The notes: generated from the letters alone by a model not told the origin. A stretch of 64,000 nucleotides of DNA from an archaeon (GCA_024276825.1 JAJRWI010000015.1:32001-96000), one strand, 5' to 3'. Positions 28,926 to 39,337 are shown, counted from the stretch's first letter. Program-made: numbers and translations.

Positions 28926-29506
28926 GCATTCCAGATGAACAACTTGAGAAGATATTCGTTGATGACTGGGAAGCATTCCCCATGAGAAAGCCACATATTT
29001 CGAAGGTCGTTGTCGATATGTGTACTGGCGGTGGGGAACAGCTTAATCGTGCAGAAACTATACTCGAGATGTTGACAGGACAGAAACCAGTCAGATCAAG
29101 GGCAAAGCAAACAGTCAGAGACTTTGGAATACGAAGAAAGGAGCCGATTGCAGTACGTGTGACGCTAAGACATGAGAAGGCCATTGATTTCTTGAAAAGA
29201 GCACTTGAGGCAAAGGAGAATGTGCTTCTGCTAAAGAATTGGGATGAAGATGGAAACTTCGCATTTGGAATCGCCGAGCACATTGACATACCTGGTGTCA
29301 AATATGACCCGCAACTGGGAATTCAGGGAATGAATATCACTGTGTGTGTGGAGCGGCCAGGATATAGAGTGAAACGGAGAAGGAAGCAGCGGACAAAGGT
29401 ACCATATCGACATCGACTAACTCCTGAAGAGAGTATGATCTTCATCAGGAAAGAGTTTGGAATTGAAATACTGGAGAAGCCAAGAGAGAGGACCTATCTC
29501 TTCTAG
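28922..29506 (+). CDS. rpl5: 50S ribosomal protein uL5
   Basis: LTGQKP, FGIRR, GNFAFGIAEHIDIPG. Confidence 0.95.
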   Translation: MSIPDEQLEKIFVDDWEAFPMRKPHISKVVVDMCTGGGEQLNRAETILEMLTGQKPVRSRAKQTVRDFGIRRKEPIAVRVTLRHEKAIDFLKRALEAKENVLLLKNWDEDGNFAFGIAEHIDIPGVKYDPQLGIQGMNITVCVERPGYRVKRRRKQRTKVPYRHRLTPEESMIFIRKEFGIEILEKPRERTYLF

Positions 29507-29518
29507 AGGTGAGCACAG

Positions 29519-29692
29519 ATGAGTACAGCGAAGAAAATGAAGGGAAAGAAGAGCAAGAAGATTGGAAAGGGCAGTAGGACTTGCGTTCGATGCCAAACAC
29601 ATCAGGCAATCATACGCTCATATGGACTCAACATGTGCCGCCGATGCTTCAGAGAAACCGCTGAAAAGCTTGGATTCCGTAAGTATAGTTAA
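29519..29692 (+). CDS. rps14: 30S ribosomal protein uS14
   Basis: Not in the ORF track. Manual translation MSTAKK...[10 protein letters not shown]...[23 protein letters not shown]. Confidence 0.95.
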   Translation: MSTAKKMKGKKSKKIGKGSRTCVRCQTHQAIIRSYGLNMCRRCFRETAEKLGFRKYS

Positions 29693-29709
29693 GGGAGGTC
29701 GTGAAAGAG

Positions 29710-30102
29710 ATGACACTATTAGACCCGTTGGCAGATGCGATGTCAAGCATTTACAATAGCGAGCTTGTGGGCAAGCCAGAGGTAATCATTGCCCCAGCAT
29801 CCAGCTTGATAGAGCGAGTGCTGCGTGTGATGCAAGCGAATGGCTACATTGGTGAGTTTGAGAAGATTGATGATGGAAAGGCTGGAAGGTTCAGAATCCA
29901 GCTCATGGGACGTACAAACAAATGCGGAGTCATCAAGCCACGATATCCCGTAAAGCGTGATGGGTTTGAGAAGTTTGAGAAACGGTTTCTGCCAGCATAC
30001 AACTTTGGAATACTCATCGTGACTACTCCTCAGGGAGTGATGACTCACGAAGAGGCCAAAAGGCGTGGAATCGGAGGCAGACTACTAGCCTACGTGTATT
30101 GA
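29710..30102 (+). CDS. rps8: 30S ribosomal protein uS8
   Basis: [31 protein letters not shown]. Confidence 0.95.
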   Translation: MTLLDPLADAMSSIYNSELVGKPEVIIAPASSLIERVLRVMQANGYIGEFEKIDDGKAGRFRIQLMGRTNKCGVIKPRYPVKRDGFEKFEKRFLPAYNFGILIVTTPQGVMTHEEAKRRGIGGRLLAYVY

Positions 30103-30109
30103 GGGATCT

Positions 30110-30676
30110 ATGATGTCTGGAGAATATATCTACGAGCGAAGGATTAAGATACCTGAAGACTGCAAGGTCACGCTGGAAGGAAAGACTATCACAGTGTCAG
30201 GGCCCAAGGGCACACTCACACGTGACTTTCCTGAACCACAGACCACATTGTCAATTCAGAACGATGAAGTTGTGGCTTACACAACCATCAAGAGAAAGCG
30301 TGCCCGTGCTCTTGTAGGGACCATTATCGCTCATCTCAGAAACATGTTCATCGGAGTTCAACATGGTTATACTTACGAGATGAAAATTGTCTACAGCCAC
30401 TTCCCCATCACTGTAGAGGTTCATGGTAAAGAAATCTACATCAAGAACTTCATTGGCGAGAGAGGGATCAGGAAGACCCGCATAGTGGGGGATGTAGATA
30501 TCAAGATCACAGAAGATGAAGTCATCATCAGTGGCATAGACATTGAACATGTCGCACAGACTGCTGCTAACATTCAGCTTGCGACAAAAATCAGGGACAA
30601 GGACAGACGTGTGTTCCTTGATGGTATCTATGTCATCAGAAAGAGAAAGGGTGAATCTGTCAAGTCCATAGTCTAG
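30110..30676 (+). CDS. rpl6: 50S ribosomal protein uL6
   Basis: GPKGTL, YSHFP, DRRVFLDGIYV. Confidence 0.95.
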   Translation: MMSGEYIYERRIKIPEDCKVTLEGKTITVSGPKGTLTRDFPEPQTTLSIQNDEVVAYTTIKRKRARALVGTIIAHLRNMFIGVQHGYTYEMKIVYSHFPITVEVHGKEIYIKNFIGERGIRKTRIVGDVDIKITEDEVIISGIDIEHVAQTAANIQLATKIRDKDRRVFLDGIYVIRKRKGESVKSIV

Positions 30677-30687
30677 GAGGCCAAGAG

Positions 30688-31611
30688 ATGTCAAAGAAAC
30701 CAAAGTTGGGAGATATTCCTGGTATTGGCCCTAAAATTGAGGAGAAACTCAGAGAGGCAGGCATTAAGACCCCTCTTAAGCTCAGTAGGGCAGATCCTGT
30801 AAAGTTGGCGGCCAAAGTAAATGGTCTGAGTGAGAAGAAGGCTGCAACACTGATTGAGGCTGCTAAGAAGATCATTCAGGCTCAAGAGGCTGACAAACAA
30901 GCCAAGGAAGAGAAGCCCAAGAAGACAGTCAAAAAGGAGAAGCCTAAGAAGAAGGCTCCAAAGGTAGAAGAGCCCAAGGTGGCTCCTAAGAAGAAGACAA
31001 CCAAGAAAGTTGAAGAGAAACCAGAGGCTGCTCCAAAGAAGCAGGAAACAAAGCCAGAACCACCTAAGAAGGAAGCCCCCAAGAAAAAGAGGAAGCCTTC
31101 TAAAAGGAAGCAGGCTGAGAAGCCCAAGAAGGTCACAAAGAAGCAAGAGCCCCTTACCAGGGAAACTCTTGTCGATCCAAGATTATGGAGAATTGCATAT
31201 GAGAAGCGGCGCAGACAGCCCAAGTTTCATCATGAGCAAGCTCATCGTTGGGTTCGTGTCAAGAGATCATGGAGAAAGGTTAGAGGTATTGACAGTGCCA
31301 CACGCGAGAAGCGTAAGGGACGTCCCATAATGGTGAGTGCAGGATACAGAAAGCCCAGAAAGGCAAGGGGAATTCACCCATCAAGGTATATTGAGGTCCT
31401 AGTTCACAGGCCCGAAGAACTCAAGGGTCTGGACCCAGAGCTTCATGCAGTCAGGATTGGAGGTACCGTTGGTAATCGTAAACGACAGGAGATAATCTCC
31501 CAAGCTGATGCAATGCTCATTAGAGTTCTCAATCCAGGAGCTGCAGAAACTGTGGAGGAGGAGGAACTCTTTGCAGATCTAGAGGGTATTGAAGACCTGG
31601 AGGTTGACTAG
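30688..31611 (+). CDS. rpl32e: 50S ribosomal protein eL32 with N-terminal HhH domain and Lys-rich linker
   Basis: Core WRKVRGIDS, GYRKP, RGIHPS, RVLN; N-terminal IPGIGPK HhH. Confidence 0.92.
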   Translation: MSKKPKLGDIPGIGPKIEEKLREAGIKTPLKLSRADPVKLAAKVNGLSEKKAATLIEAAKKIIQAQEADKQAKEEKPKKTVKKEKPKKKAPKVEEPKVAPKKKTTKKVEEKPEAAPKKQETKPEPPKKEAPKKKRKPSKRKQAEKPKKVTKKQEPLTRETLVDPRLWRIAYEKRRRQPKFHHEQAHRWVRVKRSWRKVRGIDSATREKRKGRPIMVSAGYRKPRKARGIHPSRYIEVLVHRPEELKGLDPELHAVRIGGTVGNRKRQEIISQADAMLIRVLNPGAAETVEEEELFADLEGIEDLEVD

Positions 31612-31612
31612 A

Positions 31613-32062
31613 ATGAAACTTACAACACAGAAGCGTCTGGCAGCACAAGTAATGGGAGTCGGAGTTTCCAGAGTATGGATTGACCCAGAATTTGAAGATG
31701 AGGTTTCACTAGCTATTACCAAAGACGATATCAGACGCCTTATTGACGAGGGAGCAATCCAGGTCAAGCAAAAGACAGGTGTGAGCAGAGGTCGTGCCCG
31801 TTTCAAGCAGGCCCAGAAGAGAAAGGGACAGAGACGTGGCCCAGGCAGAAGAAAGGGCAAATACACTGCGAAAATATCGCGCAAAGAGCGATGGATGATG
31901 AAGATTCGGCCGTTAAGGAAGGAACTCAAGAGGCTCAGAGATGAGGGCCGAATCACAAGGAAAGTCTATCGCATGTTGTATCTCAAAGCAAAAGGCAATG
32001 CATTCAGAAACACTGCTCACTTGAGGACATATATCGCAGAGAACAAGCTGGAGGTGTCCTAG
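31613..32062 (+). CDS. rpl19e: 50S ribosomal protein eL19
   Basis: QKRLAA, RVWIDP, GPGRRKG, LYLKAKGN. Confidence 0.95.
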   Translation: MKLTTQKRLAAQVMGVGVSRVWIDPEFEDEVSLAITKDDIRRLIDEGAIQVKQKTGVSRGRARFKQAQKRKGQRRGPGRRKGKYTAKISRKERWMMKIRPLRKELKRLRDEGRITRKVYRMLYLKAKGNAFRNTAHLRTYIAENKLEVS

Positions 32063-32821
32063 ATGGCAAAGGGACCAACGTACAGAGTTAAATTCAGACG
32101 ACGACGAGAAGGCAAGACAAACTACTATCGTAGACGAAGGCTGTTGCTATCGAGGAAACCTCGGCTAGTCGTAAGAAAGACAAACACAAGAACAATTGTC
32201 CAGATCATAAATGCACAGGTCACTGGAGATGTGACCCTGTCTTCAGCTGTTTCATCCGAACTGAAGAACTATGGATGGAATGCAGGTATTGGAAACACTC
32301 CTGCGGCATATCTTACTGGACTACTGGCAGGTCGGAGAGCAGTGGAGAAAGGGATCTCTGAGGCAGTATTGGACCTTGGACTTCATCCACCTGTAAGAGG
32401 CTCAAAGATATATGCTGCTCTCAAGGGAGCTGTCGATGCTGGACTTGTGGTTCCCCATGATTCAGAGATTCTCCCCAGTGAGGACAGACTCACAGGTAAA
32501 CACATAGTTTCTGCTTTCGAGTATTATCAAGAGAATCAAAATGACACATTTATGTTCTCTAAACTTGGAAAGAAGAAGACAACCATTGCTACCATTCCCA
32601 AACAGTTTGAGAAGACTAAGAGATCAATTTTGGAACTTCCTAAGGCTGAATTGACAAAACCAAAGAAGAGGACCACAGCAAAAGCCCCGGCAAAGCCCAA
32701 GAAAGCAAAGAAAGAGAGGGAAAAGCCTGCTATAAGGGCACCTCGCGCGGTTCCGAGAAAACCAAAGCCCAAGAAGCTTGTCGCTAGAAGAGGCAAGAAG
32801 GGCAGAAAAGGAAAGAAATAG
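32063..32821 (+). CDS. rpl18: 50S ribosomal protein uL18 with basic C-terminal extension
   Basis: [28 protein letters not shown]. Confidence 0.95.
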   Translation: MAKGPTYRVKFRRRREGKTNYYRRRRLLLSRKPRLVVRKTNTRTIVQIINAQVTGDVTLSSAVSSELKNYGWNAGIGNTPAAYLTGLLAGRRAVEKGISEAVLDLGLHPPVRGSKIYAALKGAVDAGLVVPHDSEILPSEDRLTGKHIVSAFEYYQENQNDTFMFSKLGKKKTTIATIPKQFEKTKRSILELPKAELTKPKKRTTAKAPAKPKKAKKEREKPAIRAPRAVPRKPKPKKLVARRGKKGRKGKK

Positions 32822-32834
32822 GGGATGAACAGAA

Positions 32835-33503
32835 ATGAGTAGAAGAAGACGACCCGCCCGTGTTGAAGCAAATCCTTTGGAAGATTGGACACCCAAGACA
32901 AATCTTGGTAGATTGGTCAAAGAGGGTCATATCAATAGCCTTGAAGAGATTATTGCAAACAATTACGTGATCAGGGAGCCAGAGATTGTTGATGTGCTGT
33001 TTCCTGAATTGCGTCAGGAGGTTGTTGATGTCAAACTTGTTCAGAGACAGTCTGATAGTGGACAGCAGAAAAGTTTCAGAATTACAGTGGTTGTTGGCAA
33101 TGGGGAGGGCATTATTGGAATTGGCATGGGCAAAGCCAGTGAGTTTGTTCCCGCGGTCAGATCTGCTGAAGCGAGAGCGAAGATGAACATCTCACTGTTC
33201 AGAAGAGGCTGCGGTTCATGGGAGTGTCGGTGTAGCGACCCGCATAGTATTCCATTCCAAGTTCAAGGTTCATCAGGATCAGTCACAGTTACCTTGAAGC
33301 CCGCGCCAAAGGGAACCGGTCTAGTCACTGGAGATGTTGCAAAGATAGTACTAAGAATAGCAGGGTTGAAAGATGTGTGGTCAATCACAAAGGGACGCTC
33401 ACGAAGTTCAGCGAACTTTGCTAAAGCAGTGGTTGATGCACTAATGGCAACTTATCGAATGTTACCACCACAAGAATGGCAGACACCAGGAGTTGTTGAG
33501 TGA
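32835..33503 (+). CDS. rps5: 30S ribosomal protein uS5
   Basis: WTPKTNLGRLV, RRGCGSWEC, PAPKGTGL. Confidence 0.95.
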   Translation: MSRRRRPARVEANPLEDWTPKTNLGRLVKEGHINSLEEIIANNYVIREPEIVDVLFPELRQEVVDVKLVQRQSDSGQQKSFRITVVVGNGEGIIGIGMGKASEFVPAVRSAEARAKMNISLFRRGCGSWECRCSDPHSIPFQVQGSSGSVTVTLKPAPKGTGLVTGDVAKIVLRIAGLKDVWSITKGRSRSSANFAKAVVDALMATYRMLPPQEWQTPGVVE

Positions 33504-33985
33504 TGAGTGAGAATGAAAAAGTGATTCTGGCAATTCGAGTAAGAGGTCAGGTGAGTGTCAGACCTCAGATAGAGGAGACTCTCAACAAGCTCCTACTACT
33601 CAAACTTCACCATGCGAGAATCTTCAGACTTACCCCAAGCATAGAGGGGATGATCAAAAAAGCAAAGGACTATATCACTTGGGGTGAAATAAATGATGAA
33701 ACAGCCAGACTCCTCTTGACCAAGCGAGGTAGACTCTCTGGAAACCGAAGATTGACTAATGAATATGTCAAGAAGAACTCTTCATTCAAGACAATCAAAG
33801 CCTTTGCCAAGGCGCTTGTTGAGGGGAGGGCTTCAATGTCCGATGTGGAGGGTCTCAAACCAATATTCAGACTCACACCACCATCAAAGGGTTTCAAGGG
33901 CAAACGAAATCTGCCTGTTGGCATGGGTGGGGTCACTGGATATAGAGGCGCTGGCATAAACGAGCTGGCAAAAAGAATGATTTGA
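33503..33985 (+). CDS. rpl30: 50S ribosomal protein uL30
   Basis: AIRVRG, DYITWGE, FRLTPPSKGF, GYRG. Confidence 0.95.
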   Translation: MSENEKVILAIRVRGQVSVRPQIEETLNKLLLLKLHHARIFRLTPSIEGMIKKAKDYITWGEINDETARLLLTKRGRLSGNRRLTNEYVKKNSSFKTIKAFAKALVEGRASMSDVEGLKPIFRLTPPSKGFKGKRNLPVGMGGVTGYRGAGINELAKRMI

Positions 33986-33996
33986 GGGTGAGATAG

Positions 33997-34530
33997 ATGA
34001 GTTGGGATGATGATCCAGACGAGAGGCGAAAGGCCTTCAGAAGATGGTTCGGAGATTTCCTCCCAGAGTCCATCTTCAAGGATCTTGAAGAAATGCTAGA
34101 GAGAATGATGTCACAGATTGACAGAGACCTTTTGGACCCAGACACTCTGAATGAGATCATGCGAGATCCAAGAAGTACAAAGCCTTTCGTGTTTGGATTT
34201 AGTATGAGAGTAGGACCCGACGGCAAGCCAATCATTGAACGGTTTGGTGATCCAACACCCAAAGAGGCCCACGGAGAACTACCACCGCCAATTGAACCAC
34301 TGGTGGATGTGTTTGAAGAGAAAAATGAGATCATAATCGTTGCAGACCTCCCGGGTGTTGAGAAAGATGAGATTCGAGTTCGAGTCAAGGGTCAAACATT
34401 GACCATTCATGTTGACAACCCAGAGAGACCATACCACAAAGTGATTCAACTTCCTGCCAGAGTGGCAAGAGAGGAGGCCACCTCATCATTGAGGAATGGA
34501 GTACTTGAGGTGCGTCTGAAAAAGGCATAA
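33997..34530 (+). CDS. hsp20: Archaeal small heat shock protein (Hsp20)
   Basis: FGFSMRVGPDGKP, EPLVDV, ADLPGVEK, NGVLEV. Confidence 0.92.
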   Translation: MSWDDDPDERRKAFRRWFGDFLPESIFKDLEEMLERMMSQIDRDLLDPDTLNEIMRDPRSTKPFVFGFSMRVGPDGKPIIERFGDPTPKEAHGELPPPIEPLVDVFEEKNEIIIVADLPGVEKDEIRVRVKGQTLTIHVDNPERPYHKVIQLPARVAREEATSSLRNGVLEVRLKKA

Positions 34531-34545
34531 CGAGGGGTATCAATA

Positions 34546-34995
34546 ATGCAAAAGAGAAGACCAAAGAAGATCCATAAGATGAGAGGACGAAGAGCTGCTG
34601 GATATGGCTTCAGTGCAGGACATAGAGCATCAGGTCAGAGAGGCGGCAAGGGAATGGCAGGTTCAAAAAAGCATCATTACATCAAGGTCATGAAAGAGAA
34701 CCCACGATACTTTGGTAAGTGGGGCTTTAAGAGACCTCAAGACTTGAGAGAAGAAGTCACAGTACTCAACATAGGAGAGATTGATGCAGCAGCAGAAAGG
34801 CTTGTTTCTCAGGGATCTGCAACCAAGAACGGTAGAAGATATACAATTGATATTGCACAATTAGGGATTGACAAGATTCTTGGTGCAGGAAGAGTCACCA
34901 AACAGCTAAACCTTATTGGAGTCAGGGCAATCTCAGAGAGAGCCCGACAAAAGGTCATTGAAAAAGGTGGTACTATTGATCTCCCTGCAGAGTAG
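34546..34995 (+). CDS. rpl15: 50S ribosomal protein uL15
   Basis: RGGKGMAG, YFGKWGF, KILGAG. Confidence 0.93.
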   Translation: MQKRRPKKIHKMRGRRAAGYGFSAGHRASGQRGGKGMAGSKKHHYIKVMKENPRYFGKWGFKRPQDLREEVTVLNIGEIDAAAERLVSQGSATKNGRRYTIDIAQLGIDKILGAGRVTKQLNLIGVRAISERARQKVIEKGGTIDLPAE

Positions 34996-35090
34996 TCGAT
35001 TGACCACCACATTTTCTCTTTATTTTCAGGTAGGTGTTCGCAAAAGTCAAGGTTAATGATTGTATTAGGATTCAAGTATTAAGAAAAGGC

Positions 35091-35114
35091 AAATGGGGCA
35101 ATATTGCCCCATTT
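35091..35114. terminator. Perfect 24-bp palindrome between convergent genes (terminator or protein-binding site)
   Basis: aaatggggcaatattgccccattt. Confidence 0.55.
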
Positions 35115-35142
35115 ATTCCAATGGGAAAGAGTCCTTATGTGA

Positions 35143-35538
35143 TCACCCAGGGTAGAGTTCGTATAAGATATCGCAAGCATTGAGAACACTGCTGATGAAC
35201 TGGCGAAGCTCATCTGCAGTCAAGTCAGTGTCGTTGGTTTCTGTAAGGACAACAATATTGTCATTGGGATCAATGCCAAACTTAACACCATTTCTCTCAA
35301 AGTTTTTCTTATGCATCTCATAGGCGAACTGCAACCGCTTACTCTCATCTGCGATTTCAAAGAAGCTGGTGAATTGGGCTATTATATAAAGCCATACATC
35401 ATTGGGACTGGCCATGATATTAACTACAAGATTGTCAAAATGATCTGTTTCCCATGTCATTGAGATAATATCGCCGCGCTGCTCATATTTAATCCCAAGT
35501 TCATCCAGTTTTGCTCGAGCCGTATCTAGTAATCCCAT
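35143..35538 (-). CDS. YbjN/T3SS-chaperone-like fold protein
   Basis: N...GVKFGIDPNDNIVV pattern, size about 130 aa, SD GGTGA. Confidence 0.6.
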   Translation of the reverse strand: MGLLDTARAKLDELGIKYEQRGDIISMTWETDHFDNLVVNIMASPNDVWLYIIAQFTSFFEIADESKRLQFAYEMHKKNFERNGVKFGIDPNDNIVVLTETNDTDLTADELRQFISSVLNACDILYELYPG

Positions 35539-35735
35539 AAATATCACCATCAATCAAGAATAATCTCGATGTGTTTTGTGACGGTTGGATTAAGAATTCA
35601 TAAAATAAATCATGTGTGTATATATTACTGGATTATCGTTTTACTTGAATAAATCCAGTTTTTCAGGTTTCAATATAGTCAGTAGCATACTTGGTAAAAA
35701 TGAAAATAACGGGGGAGTACTACTCCCGCGTTGTA

Positions 35736-37238
35736 TTATAGAATTCCAAGGAGTCCTTGTATGCCTTCTCCTCCCATGGAAGCAAGCTGTTCTTTGGCAA
35801 TCTGTTCATAGTACTGCTTTATGATTGACACCATTAGAAGAATTCCTGTTCCACTTGCGAGCGCGCCCATAACATCTGCAACGGCTGCAATCACTCCTAT
35901 TAGAAAGCCTCCAAGGCCTGCAACCACAGGGATGTACCTATCGAGTAGTCGTTCCAAGACCCTCTCGCTCCTTCTGAATCCAGGAACGATGTATCCGCTG
36001 TCGAGCAACTGTCTTGCAACGTCCCTAGGGGCAATTCCTGATATATCAACCCAAATTTTGCTGAAGCCCCAACAGAGCAGTATCATTAGACTTGCATAGA
36101 CCAAGACATGTAGTGCCCCTTGAGGTTCGCCGAGGATGCTGAATATTCCTTGAGGCGGTGTTATATAGTAAGCCAATCCGCCCGTTGCGATCATCCTGTT
36201 CGATTTTGGATCCAATGTGAATACCCCCAGCCAAGACAACCATGGATTCGTACCATTGGGGTTCCAATTGTTGTATATGATCTGACCAAAGAATAGAATG
36301 TTTGCATACAATGCTTGGGCCAGAATTACAGGTATGTTAGATGTATACAGCAGTTTGATGGGATATCGTGCCTTCATCCCTCTGTATTTTGCATATTGTA
36401 GAGGTATCTCCACTCGCACAGATTCCATCCAGAGAACCGCGAAGAATATCCCAAATGTCACTGTCAATGACATGATGCTTGGGTCATAGCCATTCCGAAT
36501 CAGTAGCCACGCCGCATCCACTGGAGGGCCAGCATCTGTACCAATTCCGAATGCTCGAAGAAGGTTTGCAATCATTGCTGCCACGATGCCCTTTGGTAAG
36601 TTCGTTGCAGCCTGTGCATAACCAAGAGGAGCACCTCCCTCAGTATTGGTGATGTTGAACATGTTGAACATGACCTGTCCTGCAACATTAGTCATGATAA
36701 ATAGCGAAACTCCAGATCCGAGACCCCAACCCTTCTGAATCAGCTCGTCCATAAGGATGACAATAATGCCTGACATGAACAGTTGTAGCCAGACAATCAG
36801 GGCATTTGTTGCAGTCAGTTCACCATAAGCGTTACCGATTATATATGCAAATGCCTGAAATGCAGTCATGAACATTGCGAGGACCTTCTGGCCACCAGTG
36901 AATAGGGCTCGGTCATCGGGGTCGCTAAAGTCAACATTGATTATCTTTGATCCAGACAGGAGCTGCATGACAAGTCCTGCAGTGACTATTGGTCCGATCC
37001 CTAGCTCCATGAGTGTACCGCGAGTACTTGCTAGAATCACTCGCATTGCCCAAAGATAGTCTGTTCCAGCCTGTGGCTCCACACCGTATAATGGCAAGTG
37101 TGACATTACAAGGAATAGTATTAGTACCACTGCTGTCCACACAATCTTCTCTCGAAATGATACCTCACGATCAGGTGTCTTCACCTCTGGCATGACACGG
37201 ACAAAGGGAGACAAAGCACGTAGGAATGTTGAAGTCAT
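35736..37238 (-). CDS. secY: Preprotein translocase SecY/Sec61alpha
   Basis: GTLMELGIGPIVTAGL, KGWGLGSGVSLFI, YPIKLLYTSNIP, PGFRRS. Confidence 0.96.
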   Translation of the reverse strand: MTSTFLRALSPFVRVMPEVKTPDREVSFREKIVWTAVVLILFLVMSHLPLYGVEPQAGTDYLWAMRVILASTRGTLMELGIGPIVTAGLVMQLLSGSKIINVDFSDPDDRALFTGGQKVLAMFMTAFQAFAYIIGNAYGELTATNALIVWLQLFMSGIIVILMDELIQKGWGLGSGVSLFIMTNVAGQVMFNMFNITNTEGGAPLGYAQAATNLPKGIVAAMIANLLRAFGIGTDAGPPVDAAWLLIRNGYDPSIMSLTVTFGIFFAVLWMESVRVEIPLQYAKYRGMKARYPIKLLYTSNIPVILAQALYANILFFGQIIYNNWNPNGTNPWLSWLGVFTLDPKSNRMIATGGLAYYITPPQGIFSILGEPQGALHVLVYASLMILLCWGFSKIWVDISGIAPRDVARQLLDSGYIVPGFRRSERVLERLLDRYIPVVAGLGGFLIGVIAAVADVMGALASGTGILLMVSIIKQYYEQIAKEQLASMGGEGIQGLLGIL

Positions 37239-37498
37239 AGACCAAGGTCTCCTGCAGGTTTTAGTTTTGACGGTCGTAAAGTTATAGACCTTTAAAGATA
37301 GTGGTATACGAGAGAGGATGAATAAATGATATTAGCGTTTCCAATAGTAAATTTGCTTTCAGGGGTCCGGAGTTTGTGTCCAAATCACAATGATTGTACA
37401 TAAGTGTACAGTCATGGATTGCAAAGAACATATATATACTGGATTGCTCAGCATGCATTATCGGTCTCATGACCGTTGATTCACGTGGTGCGTTTCAT

Positions 37499-39337
37499 AT
37501 GAAGCGAAGGACTGCAATATTTACCCTACTGATTCTTGCAGCACTTGTTCTCTCAGCACTCCCCATTCTTGGAGTGGCAACACCTGTTTCGGGAGGGATC
37601 TCTGAGAGTACAACAGTGCGAGTGACGCGAACCGTTGAGTCATATGTAGTAGAGTAGGATCATCCCTACTCTAACTACTTTGATTACACATGGACCATAA
37701 CTAAGGATGGTGCAACTCAGATACGTGTACATTTTACAAAGATCGATGTTGAGGACAACTATGACTTTGTATATGTATACGATTATGCCGGTTCACAACT
37801 TCACAAGCTCACTGGTCTTTATTCTTCTGGTGGATGGAGCGATTGGAGCTATGGTGACACAATCAAGGTCAGGCTCAAGACTGACTACTCAGTCACAGAA
37901 TGGGGCTTTGCCATAGACCAGATAGAATATGAAGGTGGAACTGGTGGAGGTGGTACTACAGACAATGTCCTAGAGAGTGGAGTACCAGTGTCAAGTTCAT
38001 TGAGCGCCACTGGTGACACCGAGATGTGGACCATTGAGGTCGCCGCAGATGCTGTCAGCATGCACTCAGTGTTGACTTGTGGTACCAATGACTACGACCT
38101 ATATGGGCGCCTTGGTGCCGAGCCAACAACCAGCACCTATGACTGGAGAGGCTACACCAGCGGCGGTGAGGACGTCACCTATGACAATCCTGGCCAGGGA
38201 ACCTGGTACATCATGGTCAGATCATACAGCGGTTCTGGCTCTTATGAACTTACAGTGACTATCACCTATGACACAGGTGGCGGTAGTGGCAGCAATGTTC
38301 TTGAGAGCGGTGTACCGGTCACAAGCTCTTTGAGTGGTACTGGTGACACCGAGATGTGGACCATTGAGGTTGGGGCAAATGCCATCAGTATGCATTCTGT
38401 GCTGACTTGTGGCACTAACGACTACGACCTATATGGGCGCCTTGGTGCCGAGCCAACAACCAGCACCTATGACTGGAGAGGCTATACTACTGGTGGTGAG
38501 GACGTCACCTATGACAACCCTGGCGAGGGCACCTGGTACATCATGGTCAGATCATACAGTGGCTCAGGTTCTTACGAGCTCACGGTCACCATCACCTATG
38601 ACACTGGTGGCGGTGGCGGCGGAGATGGAGTAGTCACAAAGTGGGCAGTGATTGTTGGAATCAGTGACTATGAAGCTATCAGCGATCTTAGCTATTGTGA
38701 TGAGGATGCCACCGATTGGTACAATTACATGACCAATGTCATGGGTTATGATAACATTAGGGTACTTGGTGACACCCATTCCTCAAACTATCCGGCGTAC
38801 TATGATCTCGCAACGGAGTATAATGTGAAAGCAGCATTGAACTGGATGGTTTCGGGTGCTGATGCGGATGATCAGATTGCCTTCATCACATCAGGCCATG
38901 GTTCAGGCGATGGTTCTGGATCATCATATCTCTGTATGTGGGACAGCAATAGTGGTGAGAATGGTGAGGATGGTAATCTGTATGACACTGAGCTCGCCTC
39001 AATTATTGGGAATGCAGTAGCATCTCAGATATTCATCTTCATTGATCACTGTTACAGCGGTGGGCTGATTCCGGAGATTGCAGCATTGAGTAATAGTGCT
39101 AACATCTACATGACAACCACCTGCACAGACAACGGCTATGGGTATGATGATTCCACTCATCAAAATGGTGCGTGGACATACCAATTCCTAGAATATGGCC
39201 TTATCAACCACTTTGGAAGTAATCCGAATACTCTGATGGAAGACTGCTTTGACTATGCTCTAGCTGCATATCCATACAGTGGTGGAGACACTCCACAGGA
39301 GTTTGATGGAAACACATCTGTAGGATTCAAATTGTGA
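37499..39337 (+). CDS. Secreted CUB-PPC-PPC-caspase/metacaspase-like (clan CD) protease, interrupted by one in-frame TAG at 37655-37657
   Basis: Signal peptide; VE*DHPYSN...IRVHF...DFVYV CUB; two PPC repeats; WAVIVGISDY, SGHG and DHCYSGG catalytic dyad; all in one frame. Confidence 0.8.
37963..38622 (+). repeat. 330-bp tandem duplication encoding two PPC domains
   Basis: Identical blocks at offset 330 (e.g. 38011/38341, 38101/38431). Confidence 0.9.

Noticed and set aside
25083-35075. Numerous minus-strand ORFs over the ribosomal operon (and similar shadows elsewhere)
   Set aside because: Antisense shadows of well-supported genes, with no motifs
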